Source: Eledone cirrhosa (taxonomy: Eukaryota). From it: a stretch of DNA of 64,000 bases. Under the pieces are notes generated by a model, which made no database searches, had not been told where the DNA came from, and worked only from the letters and a program-made list of their open reading frames with translations. Within the stretch, counting starts at the first letter, position 1, and each line of letters starts with the position of its first letter. The stretch spans positions 139,314,001 to 139,378,000 of the forward strand of contig OZ024741.1 of the NCBI GenBank assembly GCA_964016885.1, in the 5' to 3' direction. Made by a program: the position numbers and the translations under genes. Below, piece by piece: positions 26,763 to 41,354 of this stretch.

Positions 26763-27610
26763 CAGCATCTTTGGACGCTGGACGGACGAACCGATAAAAT
26801 TCCTCGGGGTTTTGGTTCAGGCCAGATATCCAGGTGGATAAGAATTGGTACGAGGTGACGGACAGGTTAGCCAGTCTCACGCAGAAATGGGCTGCGAGGA
26901 AACTATCACTGAAAGGTCGGGTGGAGGTGGAGAATACGTACATCGCATCCGTCATCTACTACCGCCTAACCGTCTCGTCTTGCCCCCGTAAGTGCCTCGC
27001 CAAGCTGGAACGGTTCCTCTTCATATTCTCCTGTTTGGGACAGATCCTGTCTGTCCGGCGGTCCATTTGCTGCCAGCATCCTCTACGTGGAGGGCTAGGC
27101 ATGCCGCAAGGGCAGGGAATTTTCCTATGGCTGGTGGCCGTAGCGAAAGAGGTTGTAATTGTGTACCAGGTTGAAAGGACTGAAGGCAGACACTTTTCTC
27201 TTTGGCCAATCCCTCATGAATTTTTTTCAAATTTCAATTGGAAAGGGAGGTAGGAGGGAGAGATAAGTGCTGTCCCGCAGTACATATGCTGAAAGGTGGG
27301 TGAATGTGGTGAGAATGGCCCGCGTGAGTGGGCCTACTCTAATCATGCCGCTCTAGGCTGATGAATTTGAGGAGGAGAGCGGTGTCCTTCCCGGGTGCCC
27401 ACGGAGCGTCATGTGGTTCAGGATTGGTGGACTACCTGAATCAACCCTAGATGGTTATCCCCGCTATTGGCGAATTTTCATTATTGTATTGTTCTTGTTT
27501 ATTGTTATTGATTTCCTATCTTTTATTCGTTTTTTTGTGAGACCCCCACTGTCTCCGTCTATTGTATTGCCTCTTATATATCGGCCCTTGTGGCCAATAA
27601 ATGAATCGAA
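26763..27610 (+). pseudogene. Tx1/L1-clade ORF2 C-terminal fragment with 3' UTR
   Basis: KNWYEV..QKWAARKLSLKGRVEV..IASVIYYRL..QHPLRGGLGMP; ends ggccaataaatgaa. Confidence 0.8.
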
Positions 27611-28645
27611 TATTATCCTCATTTTTAATAATAACAAAAATAATAATGATAATTATAACAATAATGTAATAATCCTTTATATTGTGTTTTGATAAGAATC
27701 ATGTATCTTCCAATTTGCTCAAAGCCGTAACCATGGCAACGGATGTAATTTCCTTTAAGTTAATAGGAATATAGTTTTTTTGTTTGTTTGTGTGTTGTTG
27801 TATATTTTTTGAATAGGTTTAGATACTGAAGGTATTATGAATGCTACTGCTGTTATTTTTTTTTCTATTTATTTCTAAGTTGTTAATATCTTCAGTTATA
27901 TAACAACGTTTTGACATCACAACTAATTTAGATATTTATTGAAAAATTTGCTTATAACTGAAATATTCTCATTTGAAAACGGGAATCATGAATAAAAATC
28001 ACCAACCAAGCATCATAATTATTGCGTAATTTGATTTGATCCGTTGGCATTTAGGGTGCTAGTCTTCCACTACGATATACGCCCCCAGTTGTACCTTCCA
28101 TTCTTCCAAATATAATACTTTGTGAAAGAAAGAACATAAATTGTGAAAGCCTTGCACTGACCACAATAAAAAAAGATACTAATACTGCATGTTCCACGGC
28201 ATGGTTCACACTTACCCATGCCAAATCCTGTGACAAGTAATCACATATCACACGACCATCACAGTCGCTTTATATATATAGCTATAATGCTACTGCCCCG
28301 TAAATCTGCATAGCGATTTGATTATTAATTGCAAACATGTATAAAACATTGATCAGCCAATCATTGCTAATGCGTCTCTTTGACCTCTGTGCTCTAGTGT
28401 TTGATTTGTTAGCCTTAACAACAAGGAAAGCAATGTAAATATTATCTATTATATGTCTGTGGTTGCTTGCTTGCTTGTCTGTAATGTAATACACAGAAAA
28501 GAGCGTATAATAGGAAAATACTTTGAAAGGAAATTCCGCCTGAAATGGGAATAAAAATTGAATAAAACAAGTTTCGCGTAAATCGGACCAGGGGTTCCCG
28601 AGATATGTGGTTTTTCCGGGTACCTTCATAAACAAAGAAAGAGAA

Positions 28646-29173
28646 TGATGTTGGTCTATTCTTTTTCCTATGCTTCGAGCTGTTTCACCTATGTATGTCC
28701 TTGTCATGTTTCTGCAAGTACCCTCTGTACATCTTATCCTATAGACTATATATTTCGTTTTACAGTTTATCTGGGGGAATTAAAATGACCCCAAAAAACG
28801 GTTCAGTACTATACGAACAAGCCAGACAAAAACATGACGGAAACATAGACAACATAGAAATTAAAAAAATATCTAAACATAGAAATGACCCAAGAGGTAG
28901 GCAAATCAGAGAAGCGAGCGAAATAGTGCTTAGAAAGCCAAAGCTAAACAGAGAAAATGAATGGAATAACAACAACAACCACACCCAAACAAACGATACT
29001 GACTTAAGAGATATATAAATAAATAAATAAATAAATATATACACAAGTACAATAACAACAAACACACTAATAAACAAAGATAGAATACCCAAACCAAAAC
29101 ATACACCCAAACGCGAACACACACCAAACATTATACACACACGCAAACGCATGCGCAGAGACGGAGACAAAAA

Positions 29174-29208
<35 letters not shown>

Positions 29209-29461
29209 AATAAAAATGCCGTAAACACTACAATACAACACAATGCGGGGAAACATGAAAATAGTACCACTGATGATGTTGCAGATGTGCAACAAAGAAC
29301 TGTGTTAGACTATATCTGTATTTTTAAACGTTGGTCAGTAAACGATAAACATTGATGGCCAAATAAATTAAGAAGCGGAAGCGAAAACCGACCAAACTGT
29401 GGGTGTATTCAGTTATTATGTCTGGCAATATCATTACAACAATATGACCCTCCTCAAGTAT

Positions 29462-29467
<6 letters not shown>
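28646..29467 (+). mobile_element. PLE 3' fragment of the 1617-4127 family with an inverted upstream piece
   Basis: ~28646-28780 minus encodes YIGETARSIGKRIDQH; ~28790 onward plus encodes KNGSVLYE..RQIREA..PKLNRENEW; CTGATGA-tgttgcagatgtgcaac HHR remnant at 29270; ends at (TA)n. Confidence 0.85.
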
Positions 29468-29498
<31 letters not shown>

Positions 29499-29499
<1 letters not shown>

Positions 29500-29654
29500 C
29501 GAAGGAAATGTGGTAAGGAACTAGATGGACCATAACGCACCAAAGTACTCAATACTTAGGGTAGTAGAGTGGGTAATAGGAACGAGAGGATACCGACGGC
29601 CGAGCTCAAGCCGTTTCAACGGCTAATTCTGGACTAAATGTAGCATTTCTCGTT

Positions 29655-29658
<4 letters not shown>
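29499..29658 (-). mobile_element. Third copy of the 15441 family, with only a ~12-bp inverted arm
   Basis: Same tail; taggaacgaga...tctcgttccta; (TA)n both sides. Confidence 0.8.
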
Positions 29659-29745
<87 letters not shown>

Positions 29746-31255
29746 ATACAAACACACACATTTATATATATATAGACATACACGCACGTATATATATGGG
29801 CGTTCCAGTCTCATATCACATTGTATACATGTCTGTGTATATTTTAATTATTTAAATATTATTTTTAAGTGAACATGATTTTAAAATAATATTTTAAAAT
29901 GAACCTGACCCAACGGGTCACAGGTGGTCTAGCGTTTTATAAAATTATCATCATTGAACTAAGACAGTCGCGTCAAGACAGGACAGTAAAGTGTTAATAT
30001 GCCTTCACATGCATTGTATTACGTAGTGGTATCTTCTCTCTTCAGCTCCTCATTCAATATAAGCCCCGACAGGAAATAAATTCATTTAGCGATTCGAAGA
30101 TTGATGTTTATTTTTCGTTCATTATATTCTTGATCTAAGATTGAAATGTTGCACTTGAGGAACCATGTAACGAATCATAAACTCATAATACAAGCATACT
30201 GAAAATGATCGGACTAGAAATCCTTGAGTTTGTATCACAAAATCACATTTATGAACTTGTGGAAATCGCATTGGTTGGTTGTTGTAACATTGGATGAAGA
30301 AATTCAATTCCATTTTTTCCATTGCCTGAAATCGTAAACAGGAGGTGCGACAACAGTGGTGTCAATCAGCATAGGCCTTCTATCTTTCTCTGAGACATAA
30401 TCATATACAGTCACGGAAGAACGCATGTACCACCGTACTGTTTCCAAGCGTTTCCGTTTTACATTCGAAATATTATCTAGAAATATATTGGGTAAAAATA
30501 TTACTATGTGTTGTTTTATCATCACTTGCCATTTATATGTTTCTACCACATTGTACCGGCTTTCTGAAAATGATCAGTTATTTATAACTATATATAGGGT
30601 ACATATACTATATACAATAGTTGAATTGACTTAGTTGCCACGCTTTGGCGCTTTTCGTTGGAACACACCAGTGGTGGGAAGAGAAGGTATTACTTGTAAG
30701 AGTGATTGGCACTAATTCACAAATTACACCTGCAAGCCTGACGTAGTGGAGAGGAACTTTGCTGGTATAATCTGATGGTCAGTTATGACTAAAAGGTCCC
30801 TGCTTTCCAGATGTAATTTCGGTGTTCATAATATTGGTTGCGCTGACTGATTAATTTTAATTCTAAGCAAATATGATCTAAATATAAAAATGAATAAACC
30901 TCAATTCATATAAATTCTCATTAATTACAACAGAGAAACTATATTATGGCAAGTAATTAAAGATTCATAAGGTTTTCACGTAATTACTGGCCACATTTCT
31001 TACATTTGCGGTTGTATATTTAATTATATATATATATATATATACCAATAAGTATGAACAGCTAAACAAAATATCAACAAGCTTTCCAGAATATATCTAT
31101 AAATGATTGAGAAATGCATCATCCTCAAATTTGTTTCGTGCAACGATATTCTATACTAATTAGTATGACCTCGTTAAATAGTGATGTAATTTTGAAGAAT
31201 CTATATTTGCGTGCATGAATCAAACATATGGAACTAAGGGCACGCATCCGTTCGC

Positions 31256-31321
<66 letters not shown>

Positions 31322-33869
31322 TTATATATATATATCGTCATATATATATATATCGTTAAAAAATAGAGAAGACCAACTCACTCCTATTTATTTCACGCTT
31401 AGGAATTTTTCTCTTTGGACATGGGAGCGGGTGGAGGAAGCCAAGGGAAGCTATATTCATATATTCTGTAATTGATGATGCATTGATAATTATTTTCATA
31501 TACCTATTACACATTGCATCTTTAAATTATAAGAATCATAATCAATTCTCCAAATAATAATCGCATATATGGTCTGTTTTGACTATTATTATATTGATTT
31601 GAATATATAGTAAGGCTAACAACTCCTTACTCGTCAGTAGCTACCCGTTGCTGCGTCAGTGGATGTTTAATACCAAGACGGTTATTTAGGAAGGCTAAAT
31701 ATATTTTTGTGTTAATAGATTATCAAAAATTTAACGAATAAGCGGTACATTAGATGATATTTAAAAACCATCGCCACTTAATAAGTATAGAATATGCCCT
31801 TAAATTTCTTTGTAACTTCTCTCAATCTACGTAGTATTAAGTAAAGTCAACATGAGTCCAAACTGAGAGCCGTTATATTTTGTGATACTAGTGATATAAT
31901 TAATACTGATCGAATATCTCAAAATTGTTTAATTGGCAAAATTAAAGAAATTTACTATATAAATGACAAAAAATGGATAAGAAATGTTTATTTATAAGTC
32001 TGTCAGTGGTGATTTATACATAAATATTTTTCACAAAATACGAGAAGGAGGAGTTTAAGCAAAACAAAGAAAAATACAAAAATAACAAAATAAACAAAAA
32101 TACCTAATTTCATTTGAATTACATTTAGTATATATTTGATAGTATTTGACTCTGCCCCACAAGAAAGCATAGTTAATTATTTTAGATTAAAAAATCACTA
32201 TATGAAAATTTCAATGGATGTAAATTGGATACAAAATTTATTCGATAAATATTTCAGTGAATGTAAATTTTATTGAATGTAAATTTCATTGGTTTTAAAT
32301 TATAACTACGAATGAATGACACACGTGAATGTTTTAATGTAAAATGTGAAGTATAATGGGCACATAACGATACAATTAAGGCGGAAATAGGATGTTCTTT
32401 AATTTTAGAAATCGTAGTATTAAGGTCAGGATTTATTGATTTTTTTTCATAGTTCACTGCAGTTCAATGTAGAAGTGCATATGGATTATTGACAAACTTC
32501 TATTGGTGCGTATGACAGTTGAAATAATCATATTAATGCTTATGCCATTAATTGATATTGGAATTTAACTGAACTGACAGGATGTTGTGATACTAGAAAC
32601 ACGCCCAAATGGTTTATACTGTCTCTAGAGATGATCGGTGTATATTTGCAATGGAAATACATTGTAGGGACCCTCATTGAATCGGTTCCGATTGCGTATA
32701 ATGTTGTTAGATTAAAGGAAATGCTGTTAGATTAAAGGAAATAATGTTAGATTAAAGGAAATTAACATGCGAGTTATTGAGCGTACAATGTCCACATGTA
32801 CACTTTACCAAACCCTCAATGAGTTATAGAATGAAAGGTTTCTGACAAGACTATCCATTTGAATTATAAGCAGTGTGCATATTACATAATAGAATATGTG
32901 GCTAAGTAATGCATAGACATGTGTACATTTAACGTATTTCAACTTATGGACATTTTTGACAAGACTGACCCTTTGATAAACAGGTATAGTGTATAGTATG
33001 CTATTGTGCATGTGCCTTAGCATTCCACAGACGTGTGTATACCTCAGATGTTTTTCAAGGAGATTGATTGTGAAACAGTTTGCGATATCGCTGGCTCTCC
33101 GAATCATACAAATCATATTTTCCAAATTTCTGTATATTTAGAAAAATCTGGCTCGAACTGCAGTTTCTATATACTATCTCTGACTTCCCATATATTACAT
33201 TAAAACATGATTACACAATTGATTTGGTTGAAAGTAAAAGCATTGTCGATACATTGTTTCTTACATTGTTTCTTTCGTCTCTGTATTACACAAATTTCAC
33301 GAGGGAATTGTCTCTGCGGACCACACAGTTTCCGTTCTACTAATAGCGAAAAAACAGTTTTACCTTGCCACACTGTTACGGTTTACATCTCAGAAAGAGT
33401 GAATACTCGCTTTCTAACACACAGATTCAGTTTGTATATCAAAGAGGTAGAATCCTCTGCCTCTCTCAGTGAAATTACATTTCACTGAGAACAAGTCCTG
33501 TTCCGTTTATAACGGAGAGCAAGAGAATTCTCTCGCGCTCTCTCTACTGCGTAGATTCAAAGATTCCGTTCCGTTTATTTATGAGAGCAAGAAAACCAAA
33601 GCGAAATATTTCGGGAATATTTATTTAATTTTTTTTTTAAAGAAAACATAGAAAACATTATCTCAATGTATACAATATTCGTTGCTTGTCATACGCTTCT
33701 ACTGTACTTTAATGCCAGTTATTCATCGATTTTATTGATATATAATCATTTGTGCTCTTGAAGATTTAAACAAAATAAAAACAAATTAAAAAGGAATAAA
33801 GAACAACAACGGATGTTTGTTGCTATGAAGTTTCAGATATAAAATTCCTTCTCAGCAAATAAGAGCCGA

Positions 33870-34090
33870 TAGTCGATCGACTTTTGTCAAATCTGACCGG
33901 GGAAACAATGTTTCCATTTGTCTTTCTAATTGCTAATATTCTCTATCTGTCGCAATGACAGATACAAGGAGAAACATGAAATAAAGTGTCTTGTCCAAGG
34001 ACATAACGCATCGCCGCGTCTAGGAATTGAGCTCACAACCTCACGATTGAGAATCCACTTCTCTAACCACTCGGCGACGCGCCTTCACTT
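33870..34090 (-). mobile_element. CORE-type tRNA SINE (related copy 43505-43748)
   Basis: Minus-strand gtccttggacaagacacttta CORE-like segment and tRNA-like head; shared gaaacaatgtttccatt. Confidence 0.65.
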
Positions 34091-34119
34091 AAGATTAGAC
34101 TCTTGTTAATCTAAGGTTT

Positions 34120-35968
34120 AATGTTTTCATTTGTCGTCAACATTCAAATCAAATTTTAAATGTTTGTGGATAAAGTCAAAAAATGTGGTCGCTCTAATTG
34201 TGAAACCTGCACTCACCTAATTGAAGGCAACACGTATACATTTAAATCAGGACAACAATTTGCTGTAAAATATCACTTCACTTGCTCATCAAAAAATCTA
34301 TTTTATGCCATTAAATGTAAAGGATGCAATGAAGATTATATAGAACAAACTAAACTCACACTCAGAAACAGAATGACAGTTCATCGCCAACAATTACGAG
34401 ATCCAACCACGGGACAGATATCACTAAACGCACATCTAGACATATGCGCAATTAATAAGAGACCCACATTCCAAGTCTTCTTATTTTACATTTGCGCTAA
34501 CAATTCAACAGAAAAAAATACGAATAAATAAGGAAAATATGCTTATTCAAAAATATAGACCAGCATTAAATATGGTTTAATATACATTATGTCAAAACCA
34601 TAAAATGCTAACAATCCAAACAGACACATACACACACACATAACACCTTCTACTTTAGAAAATAAAAACTCGAACTAAATAAACCTTAACATAGGTTTGC
34701 GCTGACAATACAACAGAACAAATACGAATAAGTAAGGAAAATATGTTCATTCAAAAATATTCCTACTAACGGAATCATTTTCCTACACACACACACACAA
34801 AATATATATTCTCTTCATCTTAACATGCTAACCATACTCCAACACAACCATAACACCCATACACCCATACATAACATACGCACACACACACCATTGCCTC
34901 CTCCATTTCTACTAATAGATTCACTTTCCTACACACATACACACACAAAAAATATATATATTCTCTCCATCTTAACATACTCCCACACCCACACACACAC
35001 ATAACACCCATATACACACACACACAACTCCCTCCCTCATTTCTACTAATAGAATCATCTTCCTATACACACACAAGCACACAAATAAACATACATATCT
35101 CTACTTTCTTTATTTCAATAGAAAATTTGAATTCTGTCACCCCAGCGAACCAGCCATATTCACTGTACCAGCCAATTCTCCCACCCCGTTTCTCTTGACC
35201 ATTATCTTTTGCTTGTCATAAAATTCTCTAAAAAGCTACAAAATAAATTCCCAAATACGGGCGCGATATTTAATGAACTTGTTCACGTGACAGTATTAAT
35301 TTCATTTATAACGAATCAAATTACATTTATTTTAAAAAAAGCCTTCGTGAGCCACTTTATTGAAGTAAAAAGAAATTCAAACAAACTTACGCGAAAGCTG
35401 ATATACTTATACACGTGACTACATCAACCAACCAAACTTAACTCATATATGAAAAAAACAATCGGCCATATTCACTGAACCAGAACAATTTGCCGCATCC
35501 CATTTCTCTTGACCATTATATTTAGTTTGTCATAACATTCTCTAAAAGGCTACAAAATAAATTCCCAAATACGGGCGCGAAATTTAATGAACTTGTTCAC
35601 GTGACAGTTTTAATTTCATTTATAACCAATCAAATTACATTTAAAAAAAAAAAGCTTTTGTGAGCCACTTTTTTTGATTTAAAAAGAAATTGAAACACTC
35701 ATATATTTAAAAAAAACACCCTGAGCCCCCCCCACCCCCACCCCTTGTTTGAAGAACTTTGTAACGCGAACTGGCGCGAAATTTATTATACTTATTGACA
35801 AACCAATCAAAGTACTTCTCTAAAAACCTGGCGTTTCGAGCCACTTTTTTCCATATGAAAAAATAACATTCAAAGACCAACCAGATGTGAGAAAAACCAC
35901 AGACCCACCATCTCAACGCTACTTTTGAAAAGCAGAAGAAATGCGAAACCGGTAATGGAACCAAATAC
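34120..35968 (+). mobile_element. Neptune-like PLE 3' fragment: GIY-YIG domain, long 3' region with a ~310-bp period duplication, degenerate HHR
   Basis: ORF 34160-34531 CGRSNCETC..FTCSSKNLFYAIKCKGC..YIEQT..LRNRMTVHR; duplicate 35151-35390 / 35463-35700; GAAACCGGTA near 35945 before (TA)n. Confidence 0.78.
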
Positions 35969-36538
35969 ATATATATATATATTTAAAAATAAGAGTGGAG
36001 TTGCAATTTCGATTTCATCTTTTTTACTTTATATATATATACATATATATATATAAACATAAATTATCCTGATTGGCATTTCGGCCCACGAAATAACGAA
36101 AAACAACCTCCGAGATGTGCGGCAAGTGCTCAATGATTCAAATGAACCAGAGCTATAACAGATGTTAAAGGCCAAAAACACTGAGACGATGGTTAAAGAA
36201 TCATTCGCATAGCCAACAAAAAAAAAACTATCACGTAATTCGGGTATTGAAAATTTACCCGGACCCCCTAGAGGGTTGGTAAAATCCAGTATATGAGTTT
36301 CTGCGGCTCCTAAATCAAGTACCGTCCGCTTACATAAATAATGTCAGGCTTCTGGTAAGATGATTGAACAAGGAAGCCACTTTCTCAACAGGTTTTAGTT
36401 CAATGTTAATACAAGGACTGACTATTGCTGACCCCACGTGGGGATCGGCAAGGGAGGCAACCCCTATATATATATATATATATTATGGAATACTGTTGGC
36501 TTCTTGCTACAATACTTTCTATACCTTTCATTTATATA

Positions 36539-36603
<65 letters not shown>

Positions 36604-36609
36604 ATATAC

Positions 36610-36660
<51 letters not shown>

Positions 36661-36742
36661 TATATAAGCATATATACATATATATATACATATAAATATA
36701 TATATATATACATATACATATGCATATATATATATATACATA

Positions 36743-36802
<60 letters not shown>

Positions 36803-36821
36803 TATGTATATGTATATATAG

Positions 36822-39800
36822 TATTAATTAATTAATTATACTATTTATGGTTATGTAAATACAAAAAACCTTTTGCAGTTATATATATTTTTATACAAAC
36901 CCTAAAGAGTGGTAGGCAGTAATATATTACTACCTTATTACCAGTAAGTTAAGTAGCTCAATGTAAAAACATCAGATGATTTACAGAGCAGTTATATGAA
37001 TTATAAGAATTAAAAACTGTTCAAAATCCTTTTATGCTTACAACTGTTTCCTCCAAACCGAGGTTTGGATTCTTCGGAGCAATTTATTATTGAATGAACA
37101 CTTATATGACATCCTTTTCACCCAAGAGACATACAGATACATATGCAAATATTGTGGGTCAACATTCATTACAGTGTTTAGAGTGGCAGTACACACTTAG
37201 AGATTACATTCATATTAAAAGATACAATCAAAAATACAGGTTAAAATACAACATGAAATTAAACGGTTATATAGTGCAAAGGTTATATGTGTGGCAAGCA
37301 CGTGCGTCTTGTATATATAGTGTGGCAGAGAGTTACGTGTAGTAGAAGCACTTAAGCAGGTAATCGAGAGTGTTAGGTTGGTTGATCTGGTGACGTATTC
37401 TTTATATGATTGTTATAGTCTGTGTGTGGAGAAATAATATAAGTATTAAAAATAGTGTAAGCATTAAAAATATAGGAAATACGCAACGAAGCGATGATAT
37501 TGACTTCATGCACTTCGACGTTTTCATAGTCTGGGGAGCGTATTTTTCAGATTATATGCCCCTCACATAATTCAAGACGATTCGATATTGGGCGTTTGAC
37601 AATCCAGTTAGAGAATCGTAGTCTGATGTTCTTTAGTTCAATACAGGAGGATGTTACGTTTCGAGAATCGACATCAAAATACTACCCGGAAGTGTGTGTG
37701 TGGCTAAGGGGAGTTAATGCATGAGGGGAGGTAACTCCTTGGTTTCTATTACTAACTATTAAAATGTGTCTCAAAATAAACCCTAACTTATATGGTTATG
37801 CACAATTTGTAACACATTTCTAAAATTTAAAGTGTTTAAACTATAGGGTAGTCTATTAAGTTGTGCTGAAGGTGTTCTTATTATTATGGTGATTAATATA
37901 GAAATTGAGTTCCTACCTAAGAAAACGCATAGCTACATCATCTCGCACAACATGTCCATGAGGAAACATAATAATATGAATAGCAACCGCACGTACACTA
38001 AAGCGGAGGGTGCCACCGGAAGTAACCATTACCACGGAAACTACCGTAGTACCTTAGGAAGAAACAACACACCAGACACTAAAAACAAAAATAGAAGAAG
38101 AAATAATACATTTTTCAACCCTCCTTTCAACCTAAATGTCTCCACCAACATATCTAGGGCTTTCTTCTCACTACTAGATAAAAACGTCCCTCTAGGACAC
38201 AAGTACCACAACCTTTTAAACAAAAACACTATTAAAATCTCATACTCTACGACGCCTAACTTAGCATACCACATAGCTAGCAGCAATAAAAGTAAAATTA
38301 ATTCTTACTTCCAACAAAAGAAATCACAACAGGAGGTAAACCCTCTGTAGCAAGCAACCATAGTAACGGCAGTAATAATAGAATTAACACTAGTATAAGA
38401 AATAACACCGGGGTCGACAACCCGAATGTCCAAAATCCTATAGCTACCACCCAGACTTCTGCACTGCATTATAACCAGCAGACTAACACACAGGATAATT
38501 GTAACTGATAATAGAACCTGCCCTTTAGATAAAAAATGCCTAACCAAGGATATCATATACTCATGCACCGTCACAACGAGCAACTCTTCAGAAAGCTATG
38601 TAGGCTCCACTTCTAACTGCTTCAAAATCAGATATAATTCGCACATCCACTCGTTCAATAAGCATAGTCTAGCCAACTCCACCTCACTATCTAGCTACAT
38701 ACACTATCTAAAAACTAAAAATAAACCTTACACACTCAAATGGGAAGTGATAAATAGTGCGACTTCGTACAAACCACCTAATAAATGTTGTAACCTCTGT
38801 ATACTAGAGACCCACAATATTATCTTCTCTAACCGTAACCTACTTAACAAAAAATCTGAAGTGTTTGCAACGTGCCAGCACCGCTTCAGACATGCCTTCC
38901 AAAACTTTAAGCCCAATATATAGCAATGTCGGACTTGAGCCAAACACCACCTCTAGCATCAAACACCAGGGGCACACCTTATACCACATACCCAACACTT
39001 ACTGATCTAATATAACACAAACAGCGACATCCATCTAGAACCCTTCACAGGGGGAATACCCATTTGTACCTCTACTTTAGGTGTGACAACATCCACTCGC
39101 TTGAACTGTACTACACCACTTTATAGTTAATTTAAGCATTGAATTGATTGTATTGCTGGTGCTGTGCGGAGGAAGTGCCATCGTTGGACATATGAAAAAC
39201 GAATTAATCTAGTAACGCTGATGAGCAGTATGACCGGTACGCTGAGTGCAGTGATTGAATGTATTGCAGGTGGCGTATGGGTTGTACATATATGGATGAT
39301 TTGATGGCCAGATTGGAGTCATGAGGACTGTGGATTGACCTCTGATCGGCCCTGGTGATGATTATCTTTCGACATCCAATGTAGCAAGCGATTACCCAGA
39401 ACTTACCAGAGATCATTGTGTGATGAAGTGATTCTGCAATCACCGTGCTTGGTCCTTTCAGTAGACGGCAACCACAGAGATCATTAATTTAGAATCCTCG
39501 CTCGTCGTGTATAATATTCATTTGTGGCACACTACAATGGGGGTTAATCACCATAATAATAAGAACACCTTCAGCACAACTTAATAGACTACCATATAGT
39601 TTAAACACTTTAAATTTTAGAAATTTCTTACAAATTGCGCATAACCATATAAGTTAGGGTCTATTTTGAGACACATTTTAATAGTTAGTAATAGAAACCA
39701 CGGAGTTACCTCCCCTCATGCATTAACTCCCCTTAGCCACACACATACTTCCGGGTAGTATTTCGATGTCGATTCTCGAAACGTAACATCCTCCTGTATT

Positions 39801-40446
39801 GAACTAAAGAACATCAGACTACGATTCTCTAACTGGTTGTCAAGCGCCCAATATCGAATCGTCGTGGATTATGTGAGGGGCATATAATCTGAAAAATAGG
39901 CTCCCCAGACTATGAAAACGTCGAAGTGCATGAAGTCCATATCATCGCTTCGCTGCGCATTTCCAATATTTTTAATGCTTACACTATTTTTAATACTTAT
40001 ATTATTTCTCCACACACAGAGTATAACAATCATATAAAGAATTCGTCACCAGATCAACCAACCTAACACTCTCGATTACCTGCTTAAGTGCTTCTACTAC
40101 ACGTAACTCTCTGCCACACTATATATACAAGACGCACGTGCTTGCCACACATATAATCTGTGCACTATATAACCGCTTAATTTCATGTTGTATTTTAACC
40201 TGTATTTTTGATTGTATCTTTTAATATGAATGTAATCTCTAAGTGTGTGCTGCCACTCTAAACGCTGCAATGAATGTTGACCCACAATATTTGCATATGT
40301 ATCTGTATGTCTCTTGGGTGAAAAGGAGGTCATATAAGTGTTCATTCAATAATAAATTGCTCCGAAGAATCCAAACCTCGGTTTGGAGGAAACAGTTGTA
40401 AGCATAAAAATGTTCTGAACAGTTCTTTGATTCATATAATTCATAT
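36822..40446 (+). mobile_element. Hydra-like PLE fragment with ~900-bp inverted arms
   Basis: 36993-37896 is reverse complement of 39544-40446; left arm has an extra ~170 nt tail; (TA)n both sides. Confidence 0.88.
37945..38923 (+). pseudogene. PLE thumb/linker plus GIY-YIG endonuclease
   Basis: RRRNNTFFNPPFN..KISYS; CPLDKKCLTKDIIY..YVGST..FKIRYNSH..LKWEVI..CNLCILE..LNKKSEVFATCQHR; frameshift near 38508. Confidence 0.88.
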
Positions 40447-40527
40447 GTATATATATATATATATTTATATGTATATATATATGTATATATGCTTATATAT
40501 ATATGGTTATATATATATATATCTATA

Positions 40528-40582
<55 letters not shown>

Positions 40583-41308
40583 CGTAGGAATACCAGGCTT
40601 CTACAAAAAACCTAATTTTCCAAATGCATTTCAACGACAAATAGAGAACGAAATAGAGTACTACTTTTCTGTTATCTGTAACTGACACATGTAAGAAATT
40701 TGCCTCACAAACAGTATGGAACCTGATATGATATGCAAATAGCTTTACTAAAACACGAATAAGAATTAGATGTTGATGGTACGACATTGCCCATTAGTGC
40801 AATTCAACAATTCAAAGTAAAAGGGGTGGTAAATTATGTACCAAAATTAGGAGTTAATTCTCACCAAATATTCTGTATAATTTACGTGATTGATGTACAA
40901 ATGTATTGATGTTTTCTTAAACTTGCATGTCGTTCCAGTATATGACGAGATGTACAACATATGTATGATATTTGTTTGTTCAGGTTCTGGTTTGATTTAT
41001 GCGTTCACATAGCAAGTGATGGAGTGTTTGTCAGGCTACGTTTTGCAAGTTAAATATCGTTGAGAGCGTATAGATCTAAGTGTTTTCACGACCAGTTGAT
41101 AGGTGTGTATGTGTGTATGCGCGAGTATCATTTTGTACGTACCTGAGTCAGTGGAAATATCCGTATACATAAATTTATATCTCACTGTGTACCTGTTCTC
41201 TTTCGTTCTCTCTATCTCTAGATTGTTTCACTCTCTCGCTATACACACTTACATGTTGTATCTTATCTATCCATCTATCTATCTATCTATCTATACACAC
41301 ACACACAC

Positions 41309-41354
<46 letters not shown>

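Noticed and set aside
30122-30549. Minus-strand ORFs with a tttcag acceptor-like site
   Set aside because: No recognisable domain; cannot be supported without RNA data
38500-38521. TGA at the second Cys of the CxC motif as possible selenocysteine
   Set aside because: A 5-nt shortfall and frameshift at the same spot explain it; selenoprotein PLEs are known from the N-terminal-EN Naiad clade, whereas this EN is C-terminal
39216-39270. CTGATGA in the PLE 3' region
   Set aside because: No matching GAAA and NUH downstream
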